IMG/VR virus record: IMGVR_UViG_3300045988_091480
Location: 1 to 33,968 of that record
DNA: 33,968 nucleotides
DNA from: a virus
Reading direction: 5' to 3' (one strand)
The notes beneath the pieces were generated by a model. The model searched no databases and was not told where the DNA came from. It saw only the letters and a program-made list of their open reading frames with translations. Positions 30,589 to 33,968 of the stretch are shown here, piece after piece. Both the position numbers and the translations under genes were made by a program. How positions within the stretch are numbered: the stretch's first letter is position 1; each line of letters begins with the position of its first letter.

Positions 30589-31406
30589 TCTTCGCTCCTT
30601 TCTGCGGCGGCTCGCCGCTGTTTCCGCCCCCCGCGCTTTTGCGGGCGGGGCAATATGATCTGACGACCTCTGACGGTCGGCTTACAAGGCAATATGCAGC
30701 GTATGTAGGTACTCACCGCGCGCCCGTCCTCATCGTCGAGCCGCTCAAACGCGGTCTGGCGCGCGGTCGGGATGATCTCTATCTCCTCGACGTTATCAAC
30801 AGGGGTCGGCTCGGTGTATATCGGCTTTTCCAGATTCCCGCGGGACGTGCTCCACGTATTCTCCCCGCGAGGGCGGCCATGGACGTTATCGACGAGATAG
30901 ACCGCAAGCGCCGTGTGATCCGCGCGCCCGTCTATCGGCTCAATGCTGACACCGTTCGGCGTCGGCCAAATATCGCGCAGCATGTCCCAGGAGCAATCCT
31001 CGATCACGATGTGATGATGGAGACGTGCCGGGCAGTCCTCGGTCGGATTCCAGTTGGCGTTGACGAGCACCATACGGGGATTGCGTCCGTTGGCAGCCTT
31101 AAATGCCGCGCGCAGTGTCCGGCAGAATTTCTTTCCGCTCTCCTTCAAGGCCTCATAATCAGCCGGGAGATGAGCATCGTCATATTTCAGCGTGACGAGC
31201 AGCCAGCCCTTGCCTATATTCGCATTCAGTATCCGGGCGAGCTGCTTTTTCTTCTCGATCTCATTCTGGCGGATCTTCCTCTCGGAGGTATTCCCGGCTA
31301 TCCTCTGTCCGCGGGGCTTCTTGACGTTCGGTCGGGCATTCATCCACGTCCTTTTGACCTCCACCACAGAGCCGCTGATTATTTTATATTCCATTGCGAT
31401 CCTCAT
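30585..31406 (-). CDS. HUH-endonuclease-type rolling-circle replication initiator (Rep)
   Basis: Three ordered motifs: WLLVTLKY (motif 1), ARLHHHIVIE (HUH) and TALAVYLVDN (Tyr motif). Alternative start at ATG 31394. Confidence 0.55.
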   Translation of the reverse strand: MRIAMEYKIISGSVVEVKRTWMNARPNVKKPRGQRIAGNTSERKIRQNEIEKKKQLARILNANIGKGWLLVTLKYDDAHLPADYEALKESGKKFCRTLRAAFKAANGRNPRMVLVNANWNPTEDCPARLHHHIVIEDCSWDMLRDIWPTPNGVSIEPIDGRADHTALAVYLVDNVHGRPRGENTWSTSRGNLEKPIYTEPTPVDNVEEIEIIPTARQTAFERLDDEDGRAVSTYIRCILPCKPTVRGRQIILPRPQKRGGRKQRRAAAERSEE

Positions 31407-31515
31407 CCTTTTCTCCCGCGTCCTTATCTTAGCCTCTTAAAAGTCTTGCAAGAAACGCACGCGCGCGTTTCTTTTTCCCGCTCATCGCACGCGGGTGTTT
31501 TTCTCTCGCGCGCGA

Positions 31516-31544
31516 ATTGTATATAAGGTAGATTAAAGGTACAA
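31516..31544 (-). promoter_or_regulatory. Candidate promoter for the rep operon
   Basis: The minus strand reads TTGTAC - 17 nt - TACAAT. Confidence 0.4.
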
Positions 31545-31609
31545 AATGATCTCGAAGCCGTCCGCGACGCGCGCGGGCGCTTTCCAAATCATTCTATTTT
31601 GTTCTCTGT

Positions 31610-31635
31610 GCCCCGCCGCGTATATGCGGCGGGGC
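31610..31635. other. Perfect 10-bp GC hairpin with an AT loop (gccccgccgc gtatat gcggcggggc)
   Basis: Seen directly. No adjacent T-run on either strand. It lies in the 234-bp gap upstream of rep. Confidence 0.5.
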
Positions 31636-31640
31636 TTGTC

Positions 31641-31871
31641 TCAGTCGCCCATGCGGTCGACCGCCTCCGCGTCCATCCAGTCGGGGTCAAATTCTTCCCT
31701 GTCCGTGCACGTCCGGGCGATCTCCCGGACGCGGCGGACTATGCCGGCAACGGTGTCGATGATAATGCCGGGGCTGATGATCACGGCGGTGACGATACCC
31801 AGTGCCACCGCCGCCGTCTGGGCTACGCTCAGCGGCGCGAGCAGGTCAATCATCGTCTGCATGGCTGTCAC
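31641..31871 (-). CDS. Hypothetical 76-aa protein with a hydrophobic N-terminal half
   Basis: Track ORF. Confidence 0.5.
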   Translation of the reverse strand: MTAMQTMIDLLAPLSVAQTAAVALGIVTAVIISPGIIIDTVAGIVRRVREIARTCTDREEFDPDWMDAEAVDRMGD

Positions 31872-32175
31872 CGTCCTGTTTCTGCGCCCTCAGCTCCGCG
31901 CGGACATACATATCAAACACGCGCTGGAGCTGCGCATGCAGCAGGTCTGCGCGGCGGGTCTGGTACTCCGTCTCTGCCTTCTGGCGCAGATACTCCCTGT
32001 GGTAGTTGTCTATTTCTTCGCTCATTTGGCTGATGTGTTCTTTCGCCAAACGCATCAGCCCCGCTTCGCAGTCATTCTCGTCAGCGCTCGGGCAGTCGGC
32101 ACACATGCCTTTGCCGCAGGCTTCCAACGCAGCCAGCAGCCGCTCTCTTGATAACATCGTCTCAGCCATTGTCAT
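31846..32175 (-). CDS. Hypothetical protein (about 109 aa, Cys cluster plus coiled coil)
   Basis: Track ORF; the start is ambiguous (32178, 32175 or 32169). Confidence 0.5.
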   Translation of the reverse strand: MTMAETMLSRERLLAALEACGKGMCADCPSADENDCEAGLMRLAKEHISQMSEEIDNYHREYLRQKAETEYQTRRADLLHAQLQRVFDMYVRAELRAQKQDGDSHADDD

Positions 32176-32611
32176 CACCCACCCTTGGCACTTTCGGAAG
32201 CTGCATCCAGTGTGTAACCTCGCAGTCTATTGGGCTGTTGTAGACATCGTCTGGCGTAAACTGTCGATTCTCCCACCATCCTTGTGGGACAAAATAATCA
32301 TCGTTTTCTTCGCTGTACGTCCCGTAGTTGTCCAAGTCGTACCAGCTCCAAATACTATCTTGTGTCAACACCGTCCCATCTTCGTAGATTGCAGGGCATA
32401 CGAAGCGATAACCGCTTCGTACGCATACCGCTAAAACCTCTGCCTCGTTCTCCGGGGGCTTTTCCTTAACTCTAACCCAATTTGCGGGCACAACGTCAGC
32501 GGTGGACATGCTGTCGATGGAGCATTTCCGCACTACCGTGATCGGTTTTTCCCAGCATACGCCCTGCCAGTTTTCGTATTCAATCTTTTCCCGATCTATG
32601 TATTCAGCCAT
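32162..32611 (-). CDS. DUF551-domain protein
   Basis: NWVRVKEKPPENEAEVLAV...VTHWMQLPKVP matches the DUF551 signature W..V...LPE...VL......THWMPLP. ATG 32611 overlaps the upstream stop. Confidence 0.6.
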   Translation of the reverse strand: MAEYIDREKIEYENWQGVCWEKPITVVRKCSIDSMSTADVVPANWVRVKEKPPENEAEVLAVCVRSGYRFVCPAIYEDGTVLTQDSIWSWYDLDNYGTYSEENDDYFVPQGWWENRQFTPDDVYNSPIDCEVTHWMQLPKVPRVGDDNG

Positions 32612-32843
32612 CGCAGTCCGCCTCCTCGACCACCTCAATGTATGCAGCCTCCAGTATCTCGCCGAGGCAGTCAAGTTCACTGCTGCCGACATAGTCGCCC
32701 GCGGCGTCGTAATAGGTATACGCTGTGTACGGGCGGGCTTTTATTCCCGTGCACTCTTCAAGCAAGCGGTGATACTCCTGCATGTCATTGGACATCGCTT
32801 CGACCAGTTCGTCCTTCTGCTGGATCGTAATGTACTTAACCAT
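32604..32843 (-). CDS. Hypothetical acidic protein (79 aa)
   Basis: Track ORF, coupled on both sides. Confidence 0.5.
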   Translation of the reverse strand: MVKYITIQQKDELVEAMSNDMQEYHRLLEECTGIKARPYTAYTYYDAAGDYVGSSELDCLGEILEAAYIEVVEEADCDG

Positions 32844-33429
32844 CGTCGCGTACCTCCCCGGTGTTCGGGTCGACGGGCACCGCCGGTTCGGCTATCTCTT
32901 CCATTGTCAAGGCAAGGCGGTTAAACTTCCTCAGCAAACTATCCGCCTCCTTAGCGTCTAGTTCACGCGGCATGATCATCGCCGTTACGAACATCCCGCT
33001 CTTGCCGACTATGTAGTCCCCGTGTTCGCCGTGTCTCAGATAAAGCACAGGGACGCTGCTTTCATCCGCGATATAGGGCTTTATGTACGTCGGGTCGACA
33101 AGGACGATGCGTCCGCTCTCCGTCTGACATGCGTCAAGGGTTTCACCCTTGTGCAAAAAGCGCAGGAGGACAGCCGTCAGAGCCTCTTCGTCATCGTTGT
33201 CTTCGCGCAGATCAAACTTTGACTGCAAGTCCACGTAGCGCACGTCCAGCGTCTTGGCCTTCTCCTCGTCAAAATCCAGCACTGCGGGGGCGGTGTCCTC
33301 GTCCAGCGGAGGCAGATTAAATACCGGGTATGCGGCATACCCATTTCCGAGCCATTGTGTCCCGTTCACTTCTGAGATACCTATCGAGTGCGTTTTCGCA
33401 CACAGTTTCGCTATGTCCTTGAGCTTCAT
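32836..33429 (-). CDS. Hypothetical early protein (197 aa)
   Basis: Track ORF; no motif recognised. Confidence 0.6.
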   Translation of the reverse strand: MKLKDIAKLCAKTHSIGISEVNGTQWLGNGYAAYPVFNLPPLDEDTAPAVLDFDEEKAKTLDVRYVDLQSKFDLREDNDDEEALTAVLLRFLHKGETLDACQTESGRIVLVDPTYIKPYIADESSVPVLYLRHGEHGDYIVGKSGMFVTAMIMPRELDAKEADSLLRKFNRLALTMEEIAEPAVPVDPNTGEVRDDG

Positions 33430-33430
33430 G

Positions 33431-33968
33431 CTATTTCTCCTCTCCGTAATACGCGGCGAGTTGGCGGATTACCGCGCCGCCGTATGCGTCCTTGGTCAAC
33501 CGGATAAACTCCTCCGGGGTCATTGGGTCGTCCATCGACAGCCTGTGTTCTTGTGCAAAATGGTCCCGTCCCTGCGTGCAGCTGCCTGTCAAGCGATGAT
33601 GCCAGTCGTAAAACTCTGCCACGGTGTAGGTCTTGCCGGGGCAGAATTTTGCCTTGAACGCCTTAAGTCGTTCTTCTACCGGCAGGTTCTCCATGATCTT
33701 TTCTTCCAGTGCCGCCACGGCTTCTGCGAGCGTTGCGCCATGGGCAAACAGATTCTGCCCCTTTACAACAAACGTTGTGGTCATTGACATATCTGAATCG
33801 ACTATAAAGCCCTTGGCCACGTTGCCGTGTAGGTGTGTGATGATAGTCGGCACGCCGTCTATCATATTGACCGCCATGCCGCATATTGATTTTATGCCGT
33901 CGCCGTAGCCGGAGCTGTAGCCGTAGCCGGAGCCGTCGCCAAAGCCGGAGCCGTAGCCGTCGCCGGAG
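33431..33968 (-). CDS. C-terminal part of the (Gly-X)n repeat protein; the ORF is open to the right edge
   Basis: Upstream of the track start (ATG 33877) the frame stays open: ...SGDGYGSGFGDGSGYGYSSGYGDGIKSICG-MAVNMIDG... It is in phase with 1..253 after removing the 50-nt overlap. Confidence 0.6.
   Translation of the reverse strand, partial: SGDGYGSGFGDGSGYGYSSGYGDGIKSICGMAVNMIDGVPTIITHLHGNVAKGFIVDSDMSMTTTFVVKGQNLFAHGATLAEAVAALEEKIMENLPVEERLKAFKAKFCPGKTYTVAEFYDWHHRLTGSCTQGRDHFAQEHRLSMDDPMTPEEFIRLTKDAYGGAVIRQLAAYYGEEK

Larger units (their letters stand above)
1..33968. mobile_element. Apparently complete temperate tailed-phage (siphovirus-type) genome, circularly permuted in this window
   Basis: Complete terS-terL-portal-minor capsid-scaffold-MCP-connector-major tail-chaperone-TMP-Dit-Tal-fibre-endolysin-holin series on the minus strand. 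Repressor and serine integrase on the plus strand. nt 1-50 equal nt 33919-33968. No host-like genes. Confidence 0.85.

Noticed and set aside
31452-31476. Plus-strand terminator-like hairpin (gaaacgc..gcgtttc plus ttttt) as the end of an antisense copy-control RNA
   Set aside because: I could not find a credible plus-strand promoter within the preceding approximately 100 nt. It was treated as part of the rep leader/ori region instead.
30639-31526. 295-aa plus-strand ORF opposite rep
   Set aside because: It is antisense to the HUH Rep gene and runs through the rep promoter region. It has no SD or motif.
1-33968. tRNA, tmRNA, rRNA genes and CRISPR arrays
   Set aside because: No cloverleaf-like or rRNA-like segments and no repeat-spacer arrays were seen on visual inspection. 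The non-coding gaps are short, and apart from the 4669..4957 leader discussed above they look like promoter, terminator or hairpin-containing regulatory regions. A tRNAscan-type search would be needed to be certain.

Overview
The window appears to be a complete, circularly permuted temperate siphovirus-type phage genome of about 33.9 kb, possibly a phage-plasmid. The host is probably a high-GC Gram-positive, Clostridia-like bacterium; this is an inference from AGGAGG-type SDs, a holin plus Amidase_5/PG-binding endolysin, and a large serine integrase. No host flanks are visible, and nt 1-50 are identical to nt 33919-33968. Almost all genes lie on the minus strand as one long early-to-late series. 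It starts at a promoter near 3060-3088 and runs through small early genes (3006 to 241), including a VRR-NUC nuclease and an MT-A70 methylase. Next comes a (Gly-X)n repeat protein that spans the window junction, then a DUF551 protein, an HUH-type Rep and a sigma-r4-like regulator. These are followed by TerS/TerL, portal, minor capsid, an inserted Zn-ribbon plus Dps-like pair, scaffold, MCP, connectors, major tail, chaperones, TMP, Dit, Tal, fibre, endolysin and holin (ending at 9778). The plus strand from 3164 to 9714 is the lysogeny/accessory side. It holds a CI-like repressor, an AT-rich orphan cassette bracketed by 41-bp direct repeats, and a long structured leader followed by a small ORF and a GNAT (TacT-like). 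It also holds a membrane-tethered HTH protein, a Gp49/HigB-like plus XRE pair with a third gene, and the large serine recombinase. Last come a 40-aa hydrophobic peptide with a consensus promoter and a convergent antisense promoter/terminator (type I TA-like), then a second micro-ORF coupled to an RHH protein. The best candidates for something undescribed are the stacked accessory cassettes at 3.6-7.5 kb (especially the 244-aa orphan), the peptide/antisense/RHH locus at 9.2-9.7 kb, the Gly-X repeat early protein, and the Dps-like insertion in the head module. All functional calls rest on motifs recognised by eye and on gene order; no database search was possible.
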